In this document: in pieces, positions 34,974-47,641 of the stretch | How positions within the stretch are numbered: the first letter of the stretch is position 1 | How the letters are laid out: the number at the start of each line of letters is the position of its first letter | From: Rhynchopus sp. YZ270_cl-10 | Lineage: Eukaryota | Reading direction: 5' to 3' | Length of the DNA stretch: 64,000 nucleotides | Assembly: GCA_964035575.1 (NCBI GenBank) | Contig: OZ037844.1 | Coordinates: 1,302,001-1,366,000 of the forward strand | Notes under the pieces: generated by a model | Databases searched by the model: none | The model's input: the letters and a program-made list of their open reading frames with translations, nothing else | What the model was told of the DNA's origin: nothing | Made by a program: the position numbers and the translations under genes

Positions 34974-37900
34974 ATGGGTTCGGCATGCGGGAAGGGGTCT
35001 GTAGATCAGCATGGTACGAGCACAGTGAGGCGACGGTCGCGTGCACATTCACTTCGTAGGATGGATACGGGGTTGGCAGGGCGGGAGTCGTTGAAGCATG
35101 CGGAGAACCTTGCCATGGAGACGGATAACGATCTCTCTCCACGGCGGGAGTCGCCGATGGACCCGCATTTTCCGCTCAGCCCGAAGAAGTCGTTTTTGCT
35201 TCGCCGTTCGCAGCGTCTCAGAGAAGCCACCGAGCTGCTTGCTGCATACCTCGAAACTGAAGCAAAAATCGCAAAATCCGCAAACGTCTCCCTCAAAGAC
35301 AACCGCAGTGTTGACTTCAAGAAACGCTCTCTAGTAGGCGCGGTCTACGACGTTATAGACACAGGGCGGAACTCTGTCATCGATCTCCGCTCGCTAAACG
35401 ATGAGTTCCAACGCATGGGGTGGCTTCAAGGATGTCAAGAGCTCAAGATGCTCATTACCCCTCAGGTCGCTAAGACGGACTCGTGGGTGGATGAGGTGTG
35501 TCCTGTATCTCCACAAAGCTGTCACGACGATGCTGTGAAACGGACAGGAGCGAAACCAAACCCGGCCAAAAAAAAGACTCCTGCGCTGAATGACATTCCT
35601 GCCAAGCGTGCCCTCGCGGTCTCAATCCCTGATGAGCACAGTGAGTGGCGGAGTGGGAATGGAAGTCCAAGCACGTCCCCGCGCTCGGCAAGCATCTCAC
35701 GAACTGCGTTCATCGACGCGTTTCTTTCGATCAAAGCGTTGACGGTGGTGCACCGCAACTCAGAGCCTCGTGGAGAGAGCCAGCTCAGCCCTGCTTCGAA
35801 GCTGCGTCTGCAACGCCAGAGACGTTCCCCCGCTGTGCTCAAGGGCTACAGGATCGAACCCTTCTGTGCGTACTCAAAACGGATAAAGTGTGTCCGCAAC
35901 CGCGAGGACTGCCCCCTCGTTGCCGTCTGCATGAAGGACGCAATCACGGCGCAGGTCTTCAACGCGACCACAGGAAGCTTAGAGCGGGTCTACACAGGGC
36001 ACTGCGACTGCATCTTCGACATGTCCATCAGCCACGACCGCAAATACCTGGCAACAGCGTCCCGCGACTCAACTCTGATCATCTGGGATCTAACGGTATG
36101 TCCTTATGGGTAAGTTGATGGTTAGGGGAGAGAGAAGAGGAAGAGGGAGAGGGAGGGAGGGAGATTTTATCGAAGGGGTCAGAGTATCTGGTTGTGGAGT
36201 GAAGTTGTGTGAGGTTGAAGGCAAAAAAGGGGGAGGGTCGGGTGGGGGTGCTGTGTTACGTAGAGGGGGGAGTGAGATCGGGGGAAATGCAAAACCGGGG
36301 GGGGGGAAAAAAACTGTGGAATTCTGCTTGGAGTTTGTGTTTGTGTTGGCGTTCTTCAATTCTACGGGATGAAGGTTGTGAGTTCCAAAGGGAGTGCGGT
36401 GATGTTCTGTCGGTCCTGCGTTCCCCATTGCCGGTGGTCGTATGTGATGTCGCGTCACTTCCGTCACCCCGGTAAGCTTCCTCCCTTTTTTCGAAATCGA
36501 AATCCACCTGGGGCTTTCAGAGGTTGCGTCGTTCTCGTCTTTTGCCTTTTGCGTTCCTGCTGTGTGTCCTCGCTCCTCGTCTCGCTCCGCTTCTTCAGGG
36601 TGAAAACCCTCCGGGGAAGGATCCCCTCCGTGCAACACAAAGTGCAGTTCTTCGTAAATACCCACTTTTGTTTTTTGACGCGATGTCGACTTCGATTCCG
36701 AATCTGAGTCTTCTGAGTCTGCGGAGGCTTTCACCTACACGTATACGCACCTTCACACTCCCCCGACGCAACTCATCCCCATCAGTGCCATCACGTCAGG
36801 GGACGTGGGGGGCTTCCCTTCCGAAGGCCTGCCCATACACGTCATCTCCGACCGCTCTGCAGATCGCTGCAAAGACGCAGAGGCGTCTCATCGAGGCCTG
36901 CGAGAAGGTACCTGAGTCTGCCCTGGTCAGGGCTTCCATGAACTCATACACATCGTCTGCCCCGAAGTCCTCATCTCTCGCGTATCGGAGTGAGATCGGG
37001 GGAAGCAGGGGACATTAGTATGCCGGTGTGCCGGTGTGGCCACACCGGCTAAGCCGGTGTGGGATTTTGAGGAAAAAAAAAAAAAAAAGAAAAAGGCGGA
37101 TTTTTGAATTTTTTTCTGAATTTTATCTCCTCATACAAGGCTACAACCACATCTGTAGCGGTTTCTTATGTGCATGTGACCCCACCATAAAGACCAATCG
37201 GTCCGTTCAATCAAAAGAAATAGATGTTCGCAACTCTCATAAAAAAGTAGCGTACCGTGCGCCTGCGGCGCAGCTAAAAATGACGAGCGGTAGCCCACAG
37301 CTCTACCCTAGGCCATAGTCACAGCTACCTTTACCATAGTTTGGCTATAAAAGCGTGCGATTTTATGTCACAATTTTTGAAATGTTGCGTACCGTGGCTT
37401 CGCCAGAAAAGTTTTGATGTCATATGGTTAGACAAGGGCGCGGAGGGGAAAGAGTTGTGGAGGTCTCTGCCAAAAATGCGTGGGGAAAAAAAAATTGCCT
37501 CACACCGGCTTTTTTGGCTCACACCGGCTTTTTTTTCAAAATCTCAAACTACCAATGTCCCCTGGGGGGAAGTGCAAAACCCAAAAAAAAAAATGTGGAA
37601 ATTCTGCTTGGTGTTTGTGTTGATGTTCTCATTTCCCCTTCCAACCTTGAGTAAGTGGCAAAAAAGTAATAAAATAACTTCGGTTTTAAAGATCTTTCAA
37701 GATTCTGATAGATCCCTAGATCTCCCTTTGAAGTAGCAAAGCAAAGAAAAAAAACACTACCAGACATGTGTGCATGGGATTCCACCATTTTAGCCAAATT
37801 TTGGGTCTGGCATCCCAAAAATAGGAAGGGCATTTTTACATGGGAAAAAAAAAACTCAACTTTCGCCTTTGGGGGTACACAGGTGTGTAAAATGGTTTTT

Positions 37901-40223
37901 ATTCGAATTTTTGGGATCCGCTCGTGCAGTGGTGGTGGGGGGGTTTTGTTATTGTACGAGCTCGATGCTGCAAACCCGTGTATTATTGCAACCAATTCAT
38001 ACCTCATCCACCACAGTGCGGCTATCTGGTGAAACAGTTTTCACACCCAGGCGCTGTGACGTGCTGTGCGTTCTGTGACAAACAAGAGGTATGTCCATGT
38101 GTCTTTGTCTTGCGATAGAAAACCAACTGTGCACGAACGTTCCCTGCACTCTGCGCGTTACCAACTCATCCACCCCCTCCTTTTTTCCCCCTTATCCCAA
38201 CGCGCGTAGCTTAAAGGAGAAATAGTTCCTCAGAACTATTAAAGGTCGTCGATCACCCCCTCTAAGGGTCTTTGAACAATCAACGAAAAAACCTTTCCCT
38301 TTTTTCTTTTATCAGAGTTACCATTTCAACCTCCTTTACCAAAAAGGAACAATCAAGTTTCAAATCCAGCATGTTCCCGCACGATAACAAATAACCATTT
38401 ATAGTGGAGTTCATCCTCGGGTGTCTACACTAATACAACCAAGTTTTCAAAACCAGTAAAGATGTGTCTAGAGGCACAGTTTTGATACCATACAACAACC
38501 AATTGTAATAAAAGGTGACTAAAGCAAGGAGAGGCTTAGGTCCATCTTATGTACTTTTTTTTTCTGATGTATACCTCGAAATGGACCGCATCGTTAGGGT
38601 GCATCCGGTACACCAAGTCATGCACCAAGGTACACTGGCACGAGAGGGCTGTTGTATTTCAAGTCTTTTCTTTTTTCACCAATGACATATTTCACATCCG
38701 ATCCAGATTGGTTCCACCACAACACAATACCAGTAGCACTCAAAGCACCCACCACACACACCCTACAGATCATCACCGGATGCTACGATTCTGTTGTACG
38801 GAAGTTTGACGTTTCCAAAGGCTTCATAGGGGTATGTCCGCAGTAGCAGTACCCTGTTGACTAGATGTGCACACCACGCACATAGCCCCTCCCTGCAGAA
38901 AATGCTATTGTCAAAAAAGGAAAAAAGCGAATAAAAGAAAGACAACGGAAACGCTGATTACAACATTAAGCCCTTTTTTTCTCTCTCCTAGGGTGACTGT
39001 GTGGCTTCCATACATACCTGTGGTCGACCAAAGTGGAGGTTCTGTGTTGGTGTGCCATGAGTCACAGAAGAACATTTTTTTTTCCAGGTGTAAACCGCGA
39101 AATGAATGTGGAACTGCATGGTTAGGGGGTCCACCCCACGGTGCACACGGGTAAGGTGAGAGGCTTATGTTCATCTAAATAAACTTTTTTTAATTCTTCA
39201 ACACCCACCTTTTGCAGGAGACACCTGAGCCCGAGGACTCGCGGGGTGTCATCGTGACAATCATCTCAACGCCCAACATCATCGCACTGACGCGCACGCG
39301 TATGGTGGAGGTGGAGCTTCTCTCGTACCGCACGCTGCTTCCACTCACCTGCTTAACGGTATAGGAACCCCTACATCCCCCTCTCACCCACTCTCTTGAT
39401 TTACAACAATTTGCCAAGGGTTTTGAAAAAAAATCGAAAATTTGATGTCTCGCTTTTCTCTGTGTGATCTCCACGCAGTTTCCTTGCCTCTCGTTTTCGA
39501 TATTGCTACGCCCCCCTCCCGCCCCCACTCGACCCGGGGGCGAGATACGTTTGGGCCAGGGGGGGTTTTTTTCTTGTGTTATCAAGCATTGACGAATAGA
39601 AATGGAAAGCGACGGATGGTGCGTGCCCGCTTTAGCGTATTGGTTTTTTTCCCCACTAACATACACATCACTCACATTTATCAGTGAATAAACACAAAAC
39701 CTTTTTGCGGTGCGCCGAAAAAGGTTTTGTGTCGTTTTCTATTTTTTTTTTTTTTTTTTTCACTTTACAACTTCCGTTATAACCTCCTCCTCCTCCTTCC
39801 CCATATCCCCCTTCCTATTAGGGTCACGAAACGTTGATTTGGATGTTGCATTCTCGACCGGGAAATCATGACAATTTGTTGTCAGTATGCGAGAGGAAGC
39901 TGAATGTGTGGAAGGGGTTGAGTGTTCCGGACGGGACGCAGGCGGCGCTGCACTGTTCTATTGACGTGACCAAGGGCGAGCGTCTGGCGGGGCGCTGCAC
40001 CAAGGAGTCTTGGCTTGCCGCGCAGTTTCTGCAGTCACCCTTTGACCGACACATCATTGCCTCCTCCTATGATCTTGCGGTCTCGATCTTCGACATCGAC
40101 GGCACCCAACTGCTTCACTTCTATCACCGGTACCCTATCTACTGCATATCCACACCAGGTGACGAGTGTGTGCCCTACCTAGGTGATTCAGCGGGGAACG
40201 TCCTCCGTCTGCACCCACTCTGA
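34974..40223 (+). CDS. WD40-repeat protein with N-terminal myristoylation/palmitoylation-like motif; 5 exons (34974-36095, 38017-38088, 38769-38831, 39218-39358, 39822-40223), 599 aa
   Basis: Motifs YTGHCDCIFDMSISHDRKYLATASRDSTLIIWD, HPGAVTCCAF, IITGCYDSVVRKFD and GHETLIW. Exons join in frame across GTAT..AG introns. N-terminus MGSACGK. Confidence 0.85.
37006..37564. mobile_element. hAT-type MITE in intron 1 of the WD40 gene
   Basis: TIR CAGGGGACATT[A/G]GTA. 8-bp TSD GGGGGAAG at 36998-37005 and 37565-37572. Confidence 0.85.
38203..38335 (+). repeat. Short dispersed element (..gcgtagcttaaaggagaaatagttcctcag..caatcaacg..atcagagtta), uninterrupted copy
   Basis: Related copies at 62432-63080 (split by a TA-TSD MITE) and at 46082-46173 + 56021-56039 + 60896-60915 (split by the nested cluster). 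Confidence 0.7.
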
Positions 40224-41784
40224 AAAAAAAAGAAAGCGAAAGAAAATATTGCTATAAATCTACTTTTTAGGGATACAGCGGAATGCACAAAAGGTGGAGT
40301 TCATCCTCGGGTGTCTACACTAATACAACCAAGTTTTCAAAAAAGGAAAAAAAAAACCCCTCGGTTCTAATTCTCTTAGGTGATTGTCGACAAAAAAAGC
40401 AAAAATACAACAACAACAACAAAAAAAAACGCAACAACACAGACCAGAACTACAAGAGGTAGCGTCGGGGGGTTTTGACAAAAAAAAAAAAAAACACACA
40501 GCATTTCATCTTGTGTTTGATCAGTGTGTCAGGGAGTCTATTCCCCTCCTCTTCCCCCACCCTCTCGCTCTTCTGCATCTGCTTCTCCGTTAGACAACGT
40601 TTCCACGTCTGTTTTTACATTCAGGTTAGGTTCTGTTCTGAATACCTCCCCTATATTTGTCTCGGGGGTCAAGCCCTTTAAAAGTGAGTACAAAGGGGGG
40701 CGTTTTGTTTTGTGAAGATGGTCCCCTTGCTCTCTTTGCTGCGTGTGCTCACGAGAGGTACATTCATCACGGGGTTGTCACATACGACACACACCCAAGC
40801 GGGAAACCTGACTTTACCCCCCAAACAGTTTTAAAAAAAAAAACACCCAAAAAACGCATGGCCCAAGACGACGTTGACTTTCTTTTTTTTTTCGATTACG
40901 GGGGCGGAGAACCAGTACACTGCGTCCGCCAATGTGTGGTGATGGTGTTCGCGTTTTCAACGCCTTTTTTTTTGTTTCTCTTCACGCGTTGTGTGTGGAA
41001 TTATTTTATATGTTTTCTATTCTACTGAATGCGTATATGATATTGTTCTAACCCTACTCACGGTTTACATTATTTTTTTTTCTCTTCTAAATTCGTTCAG
41101 AGAACGAGCGGCAAGAGGAAAGGCACACTTACCTGGTAGGTTACTGAAAATGGTTCTGATGCGGGCGTTTCATCAGTGCGTGACATGCTTTGCTACACAC
41201 AAAAGCACGATGCTGCAGTCAAACGGCTTTCTTTTGACTTTTTTTTTGTACCAATGTGTGTCCACGAGACATGCATGCTTTCATACAACCGTCTTTTCTT
41301 TTCTTTTCTTTGTGGTCAGACCAAGGGGGTCCCTATGTCTTGCCACTCTTCATAGGGGATGAAGTGTGCCGTCTGTTTTCCTTCCATTTGCCGGAAGGGT
41401 ATGGGATTCTGTTTTGTCCTCGGGGTAAACGTCCCTGCCCCTGCTAAATGGTAATGTTACCTAAATGTCCGGTCAGCATTAGTGCTCATATCTATTTTTT
41501 AGTTACGGTATTTACAAAATAAAATAAATAAAACACACTGTCTGTGCAACCCTTTGCTACGTGATATTGCAATGTGTCCTGGACAGAAGACGTGGCGTGA
41601 CCATCGTGACGATGCTCTTTTCTAAAAAAATGTTTGAAATAAAACACCCCGCCTCCCCTCCTCCCTGCTTACAATAGAAGGTTCGTAACAATAAAAGTGG
41701 GGGATTTTTGGCATTTGTTCCTTATTTCCATTGCAGCACCAAAACACCAAACACTTCACAACCACCAGGACCCAAACACATCCA

Positions 41785-42911
41785 ATGCAATGGGGGCTCT
41801 ACAGGCAAGAGGCTCAACGCCTTGCGACAATCGCAGAACAGCGTCTTCTGTCCTTACAGACGACGAAGGCTGAAGGGAACGTGGTATGCAACGCACGCAC
41901 CACATAGGGTTCTACGTAGGGTTACCCAGACACTGATGGGAGACCACCGATGGGCAAGGTGCTCATCAGTTGGTTCTGAACTTTTTTCGGCTTTACACAA
42001 AACACAACAAACGGAAGACATAAAGTGTCCCATCCACATCAATATACACCAATCAAGGTCAAACACTCCACTCCATTCCACTCCTTTCAGGACATCGAAC
42101 CCGTTCGCAGAGAGGCTGAAGAGACGTTGCAAGCGTTGCGCACGTTGAACGACACAGTGGACACGACTGCACTGACGCAGAGCAACTGCATGCAGGTCGA
42201 GCGCTTCCGGCAGGTTGTGTACGAAGGCACCGCTGAGCTGGCGCGTGCGGCACGCGCGCTACGTGCACAACGTGGACGTGACTCGCTCCTCGGAGATGTG
42301 CACAACACATTGCACACATACGCAGGCAACTCGGCGCTTGAGACAGAGGCAGGGCACATCGACAAGACACAGCGTGAGGTCGAGATCCTACAGCAGATGG
42401 CAGGGGACAGCCACATTGCGTTGCAGAGGTCGCAGAACGTGCTGGTATGGTTCTTGCAGGGTAGGGGTAGGTGCGTCTTGGGTTTGGGACGTCACAGAAG
42501 CGTCGAAAAAGCGGTGTAGTTGCCTTTTTTTTTAACTCTCGTAGAAGGAGTATGTGCCCCAGGAACTGTTACGGCGTCAAGTTATCAATATCAGGTGGCG
42601 ACCGTAAAAATCGGGATTTTACCGTTTTCCCCGTTTTTTTACAAATTCATATACTTTCAAATTTTATTTGAAAGTATATGAATTTGTTTTCTTTTTTTGC
42701 CAAAGAAAATAAGGTGCCTTTATGTCTTCTTGACAAAACAACCATTTCATTCTACCAGACACGCGCAAGCGACCGAGCCCGCGAGATCGCAACCCGTGTC
42801 CCCGCCCTGCACAACCTACTGAACCAGATCGGCCGCCGCCACAACAAGGAGGGCCTCATCCTGGGCGCTGTCATTGGGGTCTGCGTCTTTCTCCTGTGGG
42901 TCTTCTCCTGA
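41785..42911 (+). CDS. GOS1: Golgi Qb-SNARE, Gos1/GOSR1-like; 3 exons (41785-41883, 42091-42444, 42759-42911), 201 aa
   Basis: Starts MQWGLYRQEAQRLA. SNARE coil (ETEAGHIDKT..ALQRSQNVL|TRASDRAREIATRVPALHNLLNQIGRRHNKEGLILG) and C-terminal TM (LILGAVIGVCVFLLWVFS*). In-frame GTATG..CAG introns. Confidence 0.75.
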
Positions 42912-44526
42912 GCGCAGCTATGGGACCCACGATCAAAATGGCCCACCCCCCCCCTCCTGCACGAAGCTCACACCAACCCCTGCATACATTCCCTTCCACA
43001 ACGCTCCTGCACAACGAAGGCACATCACCACACTAAATGACTCCTGTTTAGTACGCAAATTGCCCTTCCAGAGCTTTGTGCATGCCTGGACATGAAGAGG
43101 TGACACTTCAGGCAGTGGACAGTGGGTAGGTGCGTTGCGCAAATATGGGAGGTGCTGTACGTTGTGCTTGCACTGCCAGTTGGGGGTGGAGGTGATGTGT
43201 CCTATTTCTGAAGTATTGACACTATCGGGTGTACAGCCTATGCCAGCCTAGATGAAGGTTCTGTTGATATGTTTGGATTAAATGAGTGAATGGAGAGGGT
43301 AGACTTTCCTGCGCAGAGTTCCCCGCCCTTAAGTGCAATGTGATTTAGAAACCAACAAAGCAAGTAACAGGATTGATCTCGGACAAAGAATTTTTCCCTT
43401 GAATCCCCCCACCTTCTACGCCAAAAAGAATTCGACCACCTATTTGCGTTCAACGGGGGAGGAAAAGTAAAAAAAAAAAAAATCCAGGGTTGAGAGGAAG
43501 ACCTCCGTCTATATCTTTTAAGTACAATAGCCTTCGGGCGACATTAAGTGCAGATCCTGCACTAGTAGGTGATTGTCGACACAACAAAAAAAAGCATGCT
43601 GATTTGTATTGCAAGGAGAGATCAAGGTTAGGGGTTGCTATTGTTTTTGGTTTTGCGTTCAAGAATATCTTGCCTCTCACAAGACAACCTAGCCGCAACA
43701 AAAGGACTATTGTTTTCTTCTCGTCTCTTCTCTGTTCTGATATCCTTCCTTGCTGTCTTTTTATTTTGTTTTTTTCTTTATCTATGAGGATCTGCCTCCG
43801 TGAACCATTTGGAACCCCTGGCAGTCGTGGCTGGCGTTGTCATGTTAGTCTGTAGCATACAAGAAGGAGGAGATGCCGGGTCTCAATTGGCGTCTGTTTC
43901 TCAAGAATTGAGGTGTTGTTCTCCTGTGGGTTGCCGTTGAACGGAAGTACCTCCCCATTTGCCACTTGTTGTGTTTCGAGGGGATTACACAGGCAGCACA
44001 CATCTCCCACATATGTGGCAGTTGAGCTGGGGTGCTTTTTCTTCATTTTTTTCAAAAAATATCCCCTTTTTTCTTCTTCTTTCTTTTGCCTCTTTTTGTA
44101 CAGACTATTTCCTAACATGGGTCTTAAAACATTTTTTTTTGGCCGTTTTTTGCACTTTTTTCCAAGAAAAAGAAGATAGAACACGTTTCTGGAAAAATTT
44201 GGGGGTTTCCGGGATTTAGGAAATAGTACATTTTTTTTGTAGTAGACCTGAACAGAACTCCCCCCTTTCCACATAAGTTTAATTTATCTACTTAATCTCT
44301 GCATCACACTTTGGATTCCTCTACAACTTACTCTTACGATCATACCAACCCCCCCTTTTTTTTCCCCAGCTAAGCACGAGAGGCTTAGGTTCATCTCATA
44401 AACTAAACCCTCCCTTTCCCCATCCCCTCCCTCCCTCCCTCCCCCCTACATTTTGACCCCCTCCCCTTCACCTAGGCTAAGACCCCCCCTCCCTCCCTTT
44501 TTTCCCCACTTTCTGCACTTGATGGC

Positions 44527-45774
44527 ATGATGTTCAGCAAGCATGCGACTCGATCTCTTCACGCCACGACTGCGTCCTCAGGGCTTTGGTGGGTGGGTAT
44601 TGCTGTGTTGCTGAGTTTCGTAGGGTCTGTCACGACGCATATCAACGAGGACAATGAGCACCACGGAAAGAACGAACAGATGTCGCAGATCGCTGCCGGC
44701 GTGCTGTATGTGTCGTCCCCGAATGTTCCGGAGGCTTCTGGACGCTACGAAGTTGACGATGAATTTCCTCCCGTCCGCGGCCATCTTACCTGGGCGTACC
44801 CTGCCTTCATTTCAAACAAACGGACGGAACGGCGGATTGCATTGGGATCACGGTGTTCGGGGGATGTGTGGCTGATAGGCTCCACTGCAGCAGTCGAGGA
44901 GAACATGGGGTGGCTTGTTACGCTTCAGTCTCATGATGGTCGTGCACCGGACCAGGTTCCTGAGTGGGGGAGGGTGCATCGGCAGGATTGGGTGCCAGAC
45001 GCTACGATTCGGGTCACCGCAGTTGCGCCTTATGTTTTAACGACGATGACTGTGGTGTCGCCTCAGCTAACTCATTTGGCGGCGGTCTGCTCCCTTCGTG
45101 CAGGCCTGCGAGCAACGCGAGGACACATCTGGGAGTGCAACAACAACAACAATAACAACAACAACGAACACCGTTGGATCTTCCTCGACACCCACGGCAA
45201 CTGGGTGCTCGGTCCTGACTACCTTGCTGACACCGGATGGGCGATGGCCTCAGCAACTGGAGGGCGGATGCCTCACCAGGTCACCGATTGGCGTCGTCAA
45301 GACGGAGCTGGCGGCTGGGTCGCCGACCACACCGTCCGCGTGGTCTCCCCAACCTGGTCCGACGAAGACGAAGGCTGCTCGAAGTTCTGGCTTGAAAACG
45401 CCAACACCCCTACGGAAGGCCCCTTCTCGCCTACCTCACGCCACTTCCACGGCCGCAGGGCGTACCTCTCGCAGGATGCTGATACTGTGGTGTATTGGTG
45501 CCCCTCGCTCTACCTCCTTGCCGGCAGGCCTGCCTGGGTCATTGTGTCTGCAGAAGAGACGGAGTCTCTCGGCAAGCCTCCCGTCAGCAAGTCTGAAGCA
45601 CCGCCGTCGCATCCGCACTGCCCAGGGTACGCGCTGTGTGAGGAGAACACTGCAGGGGACTTTGCCGATGCTGCGGGTGCATGTGCGTGGCACCTCACAG
45701 ACGGCTCCGATGACAACAAAATATGGCGCATCGCACCCGAAGTGCGCATCTCATGCTACGAAGATTTATTGTAA
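44527..45774 (+). CDS. Putative secreted protein with 2-3 internal ~100-aa Trp-rich repeats and a poly-Asn tract
   Basis: 415-aa ORF preceded by a pyrimidine-rich tract. Hydrophobic N-terminal segment. Repeats GRAPDQVPEW..WVPDATIRV, GRMPHQVTDW..WVADHTVRV and WRIAPEVRI. Confidence 0.75.
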   Translation: MMFSKHATRSLHATTASSGLWWVGIAVLLSFVGSVTTHINEDNEHHGKNEQMSQIAAGVLYVSSPNVPEASGRYEVDDEFPPVRGHLTWAYPAFISNKRTERRIALGSRCSGDVWLIGSTAAVEENMGWLVTLQSHDGRAPDQVPEWGRVHRQDWVPDATIRVTAVAPYVLTTMTVVSPQLTHLAAVCSLRAGLRATRGHIWECNNNNNNNNNEHRWIFLDTHGNWVLGPDYLADTGWAMASATGGRMPHQVTDWRRQDGAGGWVADHTVRVVSPTWSDEDEGCSKFWLENANTPTEGPFSPTSRHFHGRRAYLSQDADTVVYWCPSLYLLAGRPAWVIVSAEETESLGKPPVSKSEAPPSHPHCPGYALCEENTAGDFADAAGACAWHLTDGSDDNKIWRIAPEVRISCYEDLL

Positions 45775-46192
45775 TGAATGGGAGAGGGAGTGGGGAGGGG
45801 GCGTTACAAACAGGCGATGGTGGTGGGGGTGTTTTCTTTAAATTTACCCTGTGTTGAAGATGTAAATGGACTCGCGTAAAGGGTACATTCATTCTTTTCA
45901 ATGATCTTGTATTGGTGGACTCTCCGGCAGAGGTGCCTCTCATGTGAGGATGGGGAAGACTGTTTATGTCTCGCTAAAACGTAGGAGACCAGAGAGAGAG
46001 GAGAGAGAGAGAAAGAGAAAGAGAGGAGCGGGAGGGGTTATGTAATGAAGTGTTTTTTCGTTTGTTTGTTTGTTTTGTTTTTTTTTATACCTGCAAAGCG
46101 GAGCTTAAAGGAGAAAATAGTTCCTCAGATGCGGTCGCCAATTACCCCCTCCAAGGGTAATTGAGCAATCAACGGGGGGGGGGGGGGGGGGG

Positions 46193-46797
46193 TAGGGGGG
46201 GTCAAATGGGTGATACAAACCCACTTTTTTCAGTTTTTGATAAAAACGCATTTCTAAGTGAATCTGACCCGAAAATGTGACACATATCGTGTGGAAAACT
46301 GTTTGTCGGTCGGTTTTGACCCATTTTTCGGGCCCAGGAGGTGCTAAAACGTGAAAATTGAAAAATTGCCCATGATTGGTACCCCACGTTAAGTCGTTAA
46401 GGATTTCCTTAACGATTTCCTTAACGATTTTCCAATTTTTGACTATTTTTGCATATTTTCACACGGAACTGCCCAAAATTAGAGAGTTTTGCCCCGAAAA
46501 CAGGGTATCGTCAATTTTTGAGCAAAAAAATCGCAAAAAAAATGAAAAAAATCGGAATTTAATTCCTTAAGGAATTGGTGGGGCCGGTACCAGTCATGGG
46601 CAATTTTTTTTTTTTTTTGGAATTTCACCATTTGGGGTGCATGTGATCCCCCTCTGGCGTGAAAACCACCCCCCACGATGTTTTTGAGAGGTTCTTGGTC
46701 AAAATTTCTACTCAATCATCCAAAATAATGCGTTTTTATCAAAAACTCGAAAAAATGACGTTTGTATCGTTTTTTTAAGTGCATTTGACCCCCCCTA
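46193..46797. mobile_element. TAGG-ended TIR element E1 in the poly-G chain
   Basis: TIR TAGGGGGGGTCAAATG / CATTTGACCCCCCCTA. Preceded by G19 (46174-46192). Confidence 0.8.
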
Positions 46798-46799
46798 GG

Positions 46800-47620
46800 C
46801 ATAGGTGCCCGCCGAGTCGTTTTTGGGCGAGTTGTCGGAACTTTACGATTTCACCTAACAACTCGCCCAAAAACTCGGACAACTCGGCCACAACTCGCCC
46901 TATACTCGGCACAACTCGCCCTATACTCGGCACAACTCGGCCACAACTCGCCCATTTTTACAGGCAAAAACATACAGGGATGGGAGGTGACGTTGTAAGG
47001 TTACACACATGTAACGTTGGTACAACACATAATCTCAAGAAAAACAACCAGGGCTAAGGCCAAACGCCACTCATTACATGCACCTTGTCATATGACTAGT
47101 CATAGGTGGTAACTAGGTCGTGGTGGTCCATGGGCCACCGTGCACACTCACGGTTTTTGGTAATTGCTGGGGGGAATGGGATATACTCCGTACATGGATA
47201 CCCACACAGAACACACGGTTCCCCAGACATCTGTCAGGCAATCACTGATTCACTTCACACAGGTCGGGCAGGCGCTGCCTGCCCATCCTCTTTTCCTGTC
47301 TGCTATCGATTCCAGGTTCACAACGTTCACACGTTTAGTCAAAATGCTTTGGGCGACGACTTCCTTTGGGATACACAAAACCACACAAAGCGCACATTCA
47401 CAGACCAGCTGTGAAGCGTGGGATGCACAAGATAAAACGTGATGTGGTGTACCTGTGTACCTGTGTACCTGTGTACCTGTGTACCTGTGTACCTGTGTAC
47501 CTGTGTTTTTGTAGCCATAAAAAATCCCAAAAAAAAAACAACTCGCCCAAAAAAAATGGGCGAGTTGTTGGCCGAATTTGGGCGAGTTGCCGAGTTGTTT
47601 TAACTCGCCGGGCACCTATG
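46800..47620. mobile_element. CATAGGTGCC-ended MITE, 6-bp TSD CCTAGG, carrying (GTGTACCT)7
   Basis: TIR CATAGGTGCCCG..CGAGT. CCTAGG at 46794-46799 and 47621-47626. Paralog at 51858-52738. Confidence 0.88.
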
Positions 47621-47641
47621 CCTAGGGGGGGGGGGGGGGGG

